Source of the DNA: Balanoglossus misakiensis
Taxonomy: Eukaryota > Animalia > Hemichordata
Length of the DNA: 64,000 bases
Assembly: GCA_040954595.2 (NCBI GenBank)
Contig: CM082578.2
Span: forward strand, 6,371,519 to 6,435,518
Reading direction: 5' to 3'
This document shows, piece by piece, positions 26,551-37,724 of this stretch; position 1 is the first letter of the stretch, and the number at the start of each line of letters is the position of its first letter. A program made the translations under genes and the position numbers. Under the pieces are notes generated by a model. That model had not been told where the DNA came from. It searched no databases and saw only the letters and a list, made by a program, of their open reading frames with translations.

Positions 26551-27171
26551 ATGGGATGTCGTTCGTCAACGGAAAAGTCAAATGTCGGCACGGCACGGCT
26601 TCCCACAGATGACGAGCGGAGACTACGAGAAGCGTTCGCTGAAATGGCCGACCGATTGGAGGGCTGGCTTCGCCTGAGCGCAGCCGCACGCTACGTCAGC
26701 GTCGAGTACTGGGAGAAACGAGGAAGACGGACGAGCTACATCACCGCTGTGGCAATGGCCATCACCGGGGCCAGCGGAGGCGGACTTCTCTCGAGTTCGG
26801 TGAGCGGAAACCCGAGGACGAGAGCGGCGGCGTTCGTGACGTTCAGCGCCGGGTTGTTGGTGACAGGGGTCGAGGCCTTCAGCGGAACGCAGCACAACCC
26901 GGACAGGCTCAGCGACGAGCACCAGAAAGCGGCCACCAAGCTGAAAACCCTGAGGCAGCGCCTGGTGAAATGGAGAAGAACCCGCGTTCCGAACTACACG
27001 ATATCCTTACAGCAGCTGGACAAAGAGTACGAGGAAATCTTGCAGGAGAGACAGCAAATTGAGATGGAGAGCGCCCCTTGCGAGACGTGGACTCGGAGAG
27101 CCGCGCTGGACTTGCTGGCCGTCAAAGACACAATTTTCCGGGAACTGGTCGAGGATGATGAAAATGACTGA
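26551..27171 (+). CDS. SLATT-like (SMODS/SLOG-associating 2TM) domain protein, 206 aa, single coding exon
   Basis: GC-rich ORF with two small-residue-rich hydrophobic helices (YITAVAMAITGASGGGLLSSSV; AAAFVTFSAGLLVTGVEAF), then NPDRLSDEHQKAATKLKTLRQRL and a helical C-terminus, matching SLATT architecture. N-terminus MGCRSS. Confidence 0.7.
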   Translation: MGCRSSTEKSNVGTARLPTDDERRLREAFAEMADRLEGWLRLSAAARYVSVEYWEKRGRRTSYITAVAMAITGASGGGLLSSSVSGNPRTRAAAFVTFSAGLLVTGVEAFSGTQHNPDRLSDEHQKAATKLKTLRQRLVKWRRTRVPNYTISLQQLDKEYEEILQERQQIEMESAPCETWTRRAALDLLAVKDTIFRELVEDDEND

Positions 27172-27774
27172 TATTAAAGCCTCACTGTATGGTCCCTTTT
27201 CACATTATTTTCAGGATTTTATTTTCGAACGTAATATCTTGTAACAAACATAATTTACATCATAAATACTCGGGAGTTTTTCATTGTAAACATCGTTCCT
27301 TCTATTTCAGTGACACGATGATAGAGATAGTTCGTTCGTACTGTGACATAATGAGCTCAGTGTATGATCCCAACTATTAAATTTGAGCCACATTTTCTTC
27401 GGGAAAAAATATTACTGTGCATTGAATGCGGTTGACTGTTTTACATCGGAAATGATAAAAATCTTTAAAATGCTCGGTTGGACCATGTAAAACCCCTTCT
27501 GTTGATATTTGAGACCCGTAATCACTGTCAAGTGTAATGTCGTCAGATCTGCCTGGTAGCTAGGAGCGTGTACTCGGTAGGACATTAGTCGATTCCATCT
27601 GCCTGTTTGACGTCCAAAAGGGAGATATGTTACAAAATAGAAAACGAGCCTACCAATAATAACATCCTAGATGTATTTTATCGTCCAAAGGCACAACCTT
27701 ACCAAGATACCAAGATCTACATGTGCATCCATTGGTCACGAAATATGATTCGCGAGATGGACGACCGTTGTGCC

Positions 27775-30185
27775 TTAATAGCGATAATACAAGGATATCA
27801 TCATTAAATCGCCTTCATCCTTATCTGAAAGCAAAAGGAAAAGAATTACACGCTCACGCCAAACGTCTATCTGTGCGAGGGGACTTGGTCAGATCAAGAT
27901 CGACACTCTTTAATTCAACGCAAAAACGAACAAAACCAGCAATTCCAGAACAACAAAAGAAGCCAAAAAACCCGCAGCCCTCCCAGTAACAACAAACCCA
28001 TACTGAATTGCACATACCCGCAGAACTCCAAGCAGTAGCCGTTTCCAAAGTGCTGTACAAGATAACTGATGACGCATTGAGCGGCTGAGGTAGCCAGCTG
28101 CATTCTGGCGTTGTGGTGTCGTCAGTTACGAGAAGCCATCCCGACCATTGATCGCAGATGTCAACATCGCCCTCGTTTACTGAGAACCCTTGACCTTCAC
28201 TGTCGGGAAGAGAGGTGATAGTCAACAGACACAAGTGGGAGGGGATGATAAGATGTTGGGACAACTTATTCAAATTGCAGGAAATGGCTAAATGACACCA
28301 AATGGACAACAGCTAACCTTTTTAAAATAACAGAACTTACACTCTAAACTGAAGTGTTCAGCGATTGAACACATATTAGCACACATAATTGTAACACTTT
28401 TTGAACGCAGTACAAGTGTTCAGTACGAAAAATAGAACGCATGTGTTCAGATATTGAACACATAGTGTCTTCAGTTTTGAACGCATTACATATGTTCTAA
28501 ACTTTCATGAAATAGAACACTAGTTACGCGTCAAGCCAATGTAACACTTTTTGAACACAACCTAAGTGTTCGAAACAAGCTAATAGAATGCATGTGTTCT
28601 ATAAACCAGACAACATTAGACATTACAAAATTAGACACATACACACATTTACATGAATGAATGTTAACATTTTAATCAACTTAATGACAAACACAACTTT
28701 CTTGAGGACAAATGAAATTGAAAGCTACAGAAAAAATGATCGTTTCTATGAGAAAAAGTACGATTGCATTTTGAAGGATGAAACGTGCCAATATTCAATG
28801 AAATTCTGCCTCGACAATACTTACGGCAGCAGTCCACAGGCATATGGGCAGTTTTATGTCAAAAGTGGAACAAAACTCTACAAAATCGACAGTACAGTGA
28901 TCAGGAAACCGCAGCACCGAAATATCGTCTGACAGCAAAGGCGCCCAACTTGCATTTGATGTGCGCATGCCCGCCATCTGGATTACCCATAAACCCTTTG
29001 GAAATGGGCAACGCTAGTGTTCTGTTTTGTGTCATGTTAGAACACTAGCATTCACAAATTGAACGCCACTGTTCGATAAGTGTTTTATCCTGACTTTTTA
29101 TGTTAAAGTAAAAGGATTAAAGACATTTACGGCATTTTTCTCAGAAGCAATGTGCATGAAAACATTCCGAAAGGACAAAACATACATTTGATTGCATTAT
29201 TGTGTTCACTCATACACATACGTATATTATATGGAGCAAACAACATGTGTTTTCTGTGCGGTTGGTTTAAGAAGGGGACTGTTGGAAATAAAAACATGTT
29301 AAAAGAAATATTGACATGTTTGACATACAAATAAATGTTGTCTGAATAAAAACAGACGTAAAATTGGTGGTAGAATGGTAGCGGTAAACGGTTGAACACA
29401 TCAATGATATTTCTGAACACATGAGTTCAATAACTGAACACATGTAACGCGTCGAATACGTTCAGACTGAACGTCCAATGCGTTCAGACTGAACGCATTG
29501 GACGCGTCCCAAGCGTCAAAAACTTTAGAGTGTAGAAGCTATGTAAATGATAATTGGTCATCCACGACGTTGCTTGCTAAAACCTCGCATTTGAGAAATA
29601 TTTGAAAGCGAATTCCTGAAGTCAGGCAAAATAATTACGAACGAGAGAAACGGAAGGGTGCAACACGAGACTTTGAGGGCGTCATCCTTTCTAAATGCGC
29701 CTGTCCAAGCATTGTACGACACTTGGTTTAGACATAGACAGTAGTCTATGGTTTAGAACCATGACCAATTACAGCGAAATGTAAACTTGTTGTTTGCATT
29801 TATAATCCAATGCTACAATCGTTTCCTCCTATTTATTTCATCTGGAAGAATGTTATGGACTTACTCTGCAGTCTTGTCACCCGACATACCAGCTGCTGTG
29901 TCGTTTGATAAATCGGTCCAAGACGATGCCAAGATACGACTGGCAGTAAACCAGTTCGTCTTGTTACTGCCCTCACCGTCGAATGCAATCGTTGCCGTTT
30001 CAATTCCTTGTTTGAATATCGACAATTTAACCTGCGAATCGAACACGAAGAAAATAACTATGTTTTTTGCGACAAAATATGTAGTGACAAACTTTTAGTC
30101 ACGTGAAAGTAGAGAGGTGGGGTGTACGACGGACAGACAGGCAGAGAAAGATAGGTATAGATAGACATATATAGATACTAGATAA

Positions 30186-30242
<57 letters not shown>

Positions 30243-31590
30243 TGAAACAGTAGACATTTCTTTGAATTTTACGTAACTATACAGTACAAACTTACATACT
30301 GAATATACAGTTTATCCCAGCGGTTAATGATGTCGTCAACATAATTTTCCGTACTGTTGACAGAGACTTCGGATTTATTGCCAACACCGACGCCATCTAA
30401 CCAAAGTTGATAGAGATTAACGCCAGATCGCCCAACGCCAACGAAAACCACCTTCCAGTCTGAAGTAAACAGTAAGTTATTACGCCATCTTACAATGCAA
30501 ACCATTGGAAATCGTCGAAATGAACGTCAGTAATTTTCCCCGACTTATTACACTGTTTATCCAGTCAGCGCCAAGCGTGTGCAACCAAGCGACGACTTTT
30601 CCACTGTTCTTTTAAACTGTCCGACCCCTTTAATATACATTATGCAACTCCTCAAGAGCACCAACCCCTGAACCCAATCCGTGCATCCACCCAGCCACCA
30701 TCTCTCCATCCACACCCTTACCTGGTTCATCGGCAAAAACTTCGACTTCACAAAGCGACAACGTATCCTTTTCCGGGTCCGTCCTCTGCACGCTGACAAA
30801 TCGCCCGAACAGGACACCACAATCCAGCAAAATCTGACTCGTCGCGTTCGGATCTATCTCCATGATGGCACTGTCGCATACTGGATTGTTTTCCATGACG
30901 CTGGACAGACCAACTCGCACTTCGGACGATAGAATTCTTTCGGCTGTGAAATATTCAAGTCATTGAAACTCTTTGCAGTAGATGCCGCGGCATTAGTGTC
31001 TGAAATGCTTCGTTGCACACTGAGATCATTAAGGCATATATAAAGACAGGGAGACACACGGAGGGACAGAAAGGGTGGCAAGAAAGTTAAAATTAATACA
31101 CACGGCAACAATCGCCTCTATTGGTCACGTTGATCTTCCTGATCAAATAGCTCCTCTGAAGATCGACCTTCCACCACGCGTTGGTTTTACGGCGAGTGTG
31201 AGTACATCTGCCAGGGAGTTCGTAGATATCATAGAAATTGTCGGTGGTGTTTCCATCCACGGCGGCGCCGGAGAAACCTCTAAACTGGGTAGACGACTGC
31301 CACGTCGGCTTATTCAGTGCAACGTTGATGAGTGGGATCTCTATAGACATATATGAGTGTGTGTCAATTGGCGGAAACTTGGCAAAATCTTTAATAAGTA
31401 GATGAAAAGGAGTTTGACAAAACCATCTCCAACCACTATCCATTAACAAACATGTCATTGCTAACATTTCTCATACCACAGCCACATGTCGGTCAGATCA
31501 ATATCTGTAGCAGACAGACGCAACACACACAGACAGACAGACTGACACAGACTGACACGCACACACAACACAACACACAGAACACACACA

Positions 31591-31640
<50 letters not shown>

Positions 31641-34600
31641 AGACACAGAAAAGACATTAGCTCACGTGTCACGCGTCAGCTAAAAATGAGTTAGAGTCCT
31701 TTTACTTGCAAATAGCAAAAATTCCCAAAATGAAGATCAAAATGTTACACCGTGAGGAATGATCAAAGCGGAAAAAAAACAGTCTGGATTCTAGATCAGT
31801 TAGTCTGGTTCCCTGCCCCAATCCCACCGCTGGCTGCGCTACGCTAAAGGGAAAGGGGGCAGGGAACCAGACTATAGATCAGTATGAGGATTCAGGGTCA
31901 AAATGTCACGTGGCCTATATGCCTTGCCAATAATAGCACTGATAACAAGTTCTTTGCCGCAAAAGGTCCGCATACTAGTATGTTGATGCCTGAAGCTTCC
32001 CACGGTATATTGGTGCAGTAGGCAACGCGCAAGATACTACTGTGGTACGTCCATGTTTCAGCTAACGAGAACGTGATTTAGTTGTTTATTTTTTCTGATC
32101 ACAAAAATGGCAGGGTAAGTATCCTCAAATGCATGGTCAACTGCAAACAGATCTATATTTAGCTGCAATTATTGTAGCCTTGGTGGGTTGGTTGATCGCT
32201 GACGGCCGCACCGTCAGCGATCAACCAACCCACCAAGGCTACAATAATTGAAGCTAATCTATATTACACTTCGATGGAAGATTCAAAGGTAGCCCATCTA
32301 AATCAAATGAGTCACAGTCACTGGAGGAAATGTTGTTTTCTGCTATTGATTGGCATAATAAACAAACAAATATGGTCACGTTTGTTTGTTGACATGTTAG
32401 GGTATACTGTATTCAACGGTGAAAAAGCTATTTGATTGGTTCAATTTGAATTCCCCTTCAGGCCGATCTGAGGCTTGTAAAGTCTCGAAAAATTAGTTTT
32501 TGGGTAAGCCACCTTTTCCACTATATCAACCCACTATCAGTGATTATCTCTAAAGGAACAGTCCACACCTCTTCCCTAGCTAAACCCTGAGTAGTTTTTT
32601 TCCAAGAGATCACCCCTCACGGGAATTGACTCCTACACAAACATTGCGCGTCAGCTGGCTTGGCTATAGTACATTTTAGTGTGTGTGCGACTTCGTACAT
32701 ATACATCTACGCCAACAATAACAATGGCTATTGTGGTTTTGTGATGTCTTGGGAATGTTTGAGTAACAATTATAGTTAATGGTGATTTATCTTACAGTAC
32801 TAATATCAATGTGCGGATCGCTAGCAAGGAGGATATGCCAAATTTCAAACGTCTCATCGATGAAGTCAACTGGAATTACACACTAGAATATCTTGAAGGT
32901 TTACGTCAACTCGATCCAGAAGGTTTTTTCCTTGCTGAAAAGGGGAATGAGCTCGTCGGTAAGTTATCCTGGTATACGACTTAAAAAAACATATGCTAAT
33001 GGGGTTTAAAAACGTGGTTTGCCGGTATCACTTACATCGTTAAATATTCAAAAAGATTGCGATTACACCTAGAAATTTCTAAAAACATTCGCGAACAGTA
33101 TCGGTGAAAATATATTTATGTCGCCCAATGTATGCTTTCGTCCATTATGGGTCATTGGACCATACATGATTCTTTAACCATGATAATGTGTATATGTGTT
33201 CGTGTTGTAAGGTGTGTTATTATTTTCTGTCCATTTTGCATATTTTTTAATTTTCCCCTTCTGTTTTCGTAACGTTTCCAACAGGTATTGGATGTGCCGT
33301 AAACTTAACGGATGACCTCGCGTTCCTCGCATTTCATGTCACCAAGAAGGAACATCGAAAACAAGGCGTCCAACGCACACTTCTGCACAGACAATTCGAA
33401 CACGCAGGCGACAGGAACATTGGTCTACATTCGTTAGGCCAACGCCGCAAAGAAGTCAACACTAAAATCGGTTTTAAGCACATTTCTTTTGAAACATCTT
33501 ACTTCCGTGGCCAAGTAAATCAGTCTGTCTTACCCGGGCTTGACAAGGTTATGCCATCTGGCATCAAAGTATTGCCACTCAGTAAAATTTCATTTGATAG
33601 CCTGGTCAAGTATGATGCACATGTGTTTCAGTTTGAGAGGAAAAAGTTCCTCCAAATGATGTGTCACGGAACAGATGTTTCCAACTACATTGCCACAAAT
33701 GAAAGTGGCCAAATTATCGGCTATATAAACGTGCGACCAGTGGGAAATGAATTTGCTGTTGTTCCACTGATCGCTGATGACGTCCTCACTGCCGAGGTGT
33801 TACTGATCACTATTCTTCATCAACTTCCGAATCGGTCTTATATACGAACATATACAGTAATGTCACACCAAGCAGCAGTAGAGCTGGCCAAAAAGTATGA
33901 CATCCAAGACTTGATATTCACACTGACTTGCCATTACACACAAAAAACACTAGCCATCGAAATCAATAAAATATTTTCACTGCCTAATGCAGAAATTATA
34001 TAGGTAGTGCGTTCTTAGTATTCCATAACAAGTTGACATTACTGTATAACCAGTGAGTTGTGACAACTATGTCTGAAACTATCGTCACGCTCAAATTCCT
34101 GAGCTGATTTATAAAATAAAATGATCCATGCATATGTACCTTTCATCTAGCCTTTCAAATAAGAGCACAGTGTCATTGACGCTATTTTAATGTCTTAAGA
34201 ATCACGACACATTAAGTTTAGAATGGCAACAATGAACTTTCAGTGTAGGTGTACATTTGCATGTCTACAGTTACAGGTCTACTACACTGAGAAACAACCA
34301 ATTTGCAGGCAAGATTCGACTGATTTCATTCGATCACGATTTCACCGAATGGTATCTTAATCTATTGCTACAGACATGACTGCATCATTAACAGTATATA
34401 GCTTAGTGTATTCACAATTAAATTGCCTTGTAAATCGAAATGGTGCCGAGTAGTGTTAATTTACACCGTTCAACATGTATTTTATCACTGATACATACCT
34501 ATAAAACACACACACACATATACATACATACATACATACATACATACATACATACATACATACATACATACATACATACATACATACATACATACATACA

Positions 34601-37600
34601 TACATACATACATACATACATACATACATACATACATACATACATACATACATACATACATACATACATACATACATACATACATACATACATACATACA
34701 TACATACATACATACATACATACATACATACATACATACATACATGCAACGTTGTTTCATGTGAGTCAATGACCTCACTCATCAAGAGACTAACCTGGCA
34801 CTACAGGGGGCTAGGGAAGCTAGCTGTAATGAACGACCATACCTTTTTCACAACGAAGTCCCCGAAAACCGTCGGCGCAGTCACACCGATATTGGAACGG
34901 CAACCTTTCGGACTCATCGGCGCACACTGAAAGCACGGTGCACGTACCGTTGTTCAGGCAACCGTTTACACAACTGCCAAGTTCATTTGCCTGCCGAAAG
35001 GGGGTGAACATAATTTGACGCATGAGATTGATGCAAAGATTACCGGGAGGAAATGGTCATTTCTTGGTAGAAGGGATGAGAGCAGTACAGACAATTCAGA
35101 TCACCACATCCGTATATTTTGCTTCAGAACGAACTAAAAGTACACTGTATTGTAAAATTAAGTTTCAGCAGGAAGACAGTTATAAGATAGAAGGAAATCC
35201 ACTACTAAAAAGGACTTATGAAAAGTAACGTATCCATAATTTAAAACACTGTACACATCAGCAAGGCATAAAATGAAATGTTCTGTGTTTTGACGTGTCG
35301 TTCAAGCAGTTATGTGGTTTTAGTCCTGTAGAAACTGAAACGGCGCAGAGTAATATTGAACAAAATCTCGAAAATGAAATTGAAATAGAATTTGAAGGTG
35401 GTATCTTTTGAATTGGTAACCCGTTTAAAGTGGGCATTTATTTCACCTGAGAATTTCGAACTACATGTATTGAAGACTATAACCATTACATCACGTACAC
35501 AGGCTTTTGTTGACGTCAGCATTAATCTGGCCATCAATAATTTCTCAACGCTATGTACTTTTGAGCGTTTTCACTGCTAGACAATTGCAACTGTCTGCAG
35601 TGCACTATGCAGGGCAACTGGCTTTGCGTCGGAGATTCATTTTTTCCCGCTGATATATAACTTTAAAAATCTTCAATTATTAAAAAGTCTTATATCTTGT
35701 ACTGGTAATCCATTATTGAAATTCAGATCTTCGCATGCCATGCACATATCGAATGTTGTAACTTGCAAAAGTGTTTTATTTTTAAATATTCGTTAGCGAA
35801 CCTTTTAACTAAATTGCATCCAAAAGTATAATTCACGTTACACTGTACTTATGGTTCGCACTATGGGGTCGGTTCTGTTTTGTTACCTATTGTTTGTAGT
35901 GAAAAATCAAACGAACGTGGCAAATAAGAAAACGGCGAACGTGGCTGAAATTCCACGTAATAAAAATATTATTAAAAGGTAGCAATTTTCCCCTTAATAT
36001 AAGACTGGGTATTGCTATAAATGGCATCAAGATGTCCAAACAACACTCTAAAAAAACTTGCATTAAACGTTAGAGCATTTCCATCATATCTAATCCTCTT
36101 CGTGAAGATTGATTCAGGTCACTAAGTCATGTAGCCAATATGGTACACAACTATTCCAGATGGATTTAGATGATCCTAATCATGTATTGAAATGAAATGT
36201 CGTCCTTGGTAAAACAAAGTGATTCGGCACCCAATTTAGCAACATATAGACGGCCGACATGGTCATTGAAACAATAGATATTCAGAATATGGTGCCAAAC
36301 TGTATTACTAACTATCCGTCACCTCCAATGTACACATGTCCATAAATCGCAAAAAATGGCGTATTTGGGTGTTCTAAATAACATATGATGGCGCTCTTTT
36401 TTTCGAGTGTGCCACCCACTGAAAATCTGTGATTGGCTAAATCTCCATTTGCCATGGTAACTGTAGCTGAATTTCCATAGGTGACCGTATATTAGCTAGT
36501 TGAGGAGCTGTATCTCTCAGTAAACAAAGCCATATGCTTCTTTTAATACAAAGACTGGGTATTTTAGAATTTATCATTGGCAGCGAAAATATTGAACAAC
36601 ACTATAAAAACTCGCATTTCTGAGTGGTGATATTTCAACAGTGACCAGTTTCGTGACAGGTAGACGACATTACAATTTGAACGGGGAGATGGACAGCCGA
36701 TACGATTAGCCTATAGTAATTGATGAGTGGCCTTCGGTGGAACTTCGAACAAAGTGCGTCGCTTCATTACAGCATGTGCATTTAAGTCAGATGACTACAA
36801 CAATTCCTTGCATGGTTATCACATACCATAGCCTTACATAAAGATTGTTTGAGAAAACAGTGTTACAATATTGGCAATGTCTTAAAATTTTCACAAAAGT
36901 TGCCAAAAGAGGAGTTTTATTATTAATGATATAAAGAAAACACTATGTCACCATGGTTGATTTTTTGATAGACCTGGTCAGATATTTTCGCAATAGGAAA
37001 AATATAGCTAATATAAAGTGGGGCATTTTAGTCCCTTTTAGCTATCGAGGTCACGAGTGAAAAAAATATCATTGCTATTCTTGTCGTACTACATGAATAT
37101 GCACTGCATGTTATCCGTAATCTACAGCTATAGTCTCGTCAACCCGTCGCGTTGTAATACTTACGAGGTTGTAGTCGTTGCCGACTTCCATGTAGATGTA
37201 ACCATCCTCAGCATCGACATCGGATGAAGAAGCCACTTCGTTCAGTTCACAGATGCCGCTGTACCTGGCGAAGTTGACCGATTCACAGCCCGGGGTGTTG
37301 GCGCAGAGAAGGCCGCAGCTCAGGACGGTGCCCATTGCTTTGGACTCCAGTACGTGGTATCGAAGTTGAAATCCTGCCTTCAGGATGGTTCTGTAGGGCG
37401 CTTCAACGGACACCGAAACTACTGTGGTGTATTAAAAAGACACATCAGCCGCGGTGTTTTGTCGGAAAAACGGATATTTCACGGAGAAAAAATAAAAAAA
37501 ACTGAAATCAGTTACTTATCTACCACTACCACGAACAGGACAGGATCTAGACTGTCGACAACCTCTTGTTTCGTTTTGACCGTTGCTTCGCGTATATACT

Positions 37601-37724
37601 GCTGTACGAAGTTTCCGTAATATGCAAAATGTGAAATTACCAAAGACTAACCTGTTATATGCTGTATGCATGCTAGTAGTATCCACACGACAGACAGCAA
37701 GCAAGCGCCGGATACATCAGACAT
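27775..37724 (-). CDS. Secreted multidomain lectin: signal peptide, PAN/apple, EGF, F-type lectin (fucolectin), uncharacterised C-terminal domain; 499 aa, 9 exons
   Basis: Phase-consistent exons 37652-37724, 37165-37421, 34843-34990, 31104-31340, 30722-30943, 30296-30459, 29865-30031, 28018-28199, 27775-27824 total 1500 nt. Signal MSDVSGACLLSVVWILLAC; PAN CGLLCANTPGCESVNF; EGF CLNNGTC..CDCADGFRGLRCE; fucolectin NVALNK, AAVDGN, H-x26-RGDCCPER, LSLCEVEVF. Confidence 0.85.
28340..29532. mobile_element. Non-autonomous DNA transposon, CACTA/EnSpm-like ends, ~1.2 kb, intronic
   Basis: TA|CACTCTAAA ... TTTAGAGTG|TA termini, with many subterminal TGAACAC/GTGTTCA motifs at both ends. Confidence 0.65.
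29733..29750. mobile_element. 18-bp micro-MITE or footprint with 7-bp TSD (P-element-like ends)
   Basis: gtttaga|CATAGACagtaGTCTATG|gtttaga. Confidence 0.6.
30192..30240. repeat. (GACA)n microsatellite
   Basis: Directly visible. Confidence 0.9.
31521..31636. repeat. (CA)n-rich microsatellite
   Basis: Directly visible. Confidence 0.9.
31801..31874. mobile_element. 74-bp hairpin MITE, TAG..CTA ends, 9-bp TSD (Academ/AcademH-like)
   Basis: tagatcagt|TAGTCTGGTTCCCTGCCCC...GGGGCAGGGAACCAGACTA|tagatcagt. Confidence 0.8.
32107..34003 (+). CDS. GNAT-family N-acetyltransferase (YitH/Acetyltransf_18-like two-domain type), 295 aa, 3 exons, nested antisense in the lectin gene intron
   Basis: Exons 32107-32114 (ATG GCA GG|GTAAGT), 32798-32958 and 33285-34003 total 888 nt. 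MAGTNINVRIASKEDM..LDPEGFFLAEKGNELVG..FHVTKKEHRKQGV (motif A)..YDAHVFQFERKKFL..IIGYINVRP..PLIADD. Confidence 0.82.
32160..32256. mobile_element. 97-bp almost perfect hairpin MITE, TAG..CTA ends, 9-bp TSD
   Basis: atctatatt|TAGCTgcaattattgtagccttggtgggttggttgatcgctgacgg-ccgca-ccgtcagcgatcaaccaacccaccaaggctacaataattgaAGCTA|atctatatt. Confidence 0.85.
34521..34745. repeat. Long perfect (TACA)n microsatellite, about 56 units
   Basis: Directly visible; source of the spurious YIHT/MYVC ORFs. Confidence 0.97.

Noticed and set aside
34440-34785. YIHT/MYVC repeat ORFs
   Set aside because: Translations of the (TACA)n microsatellite.
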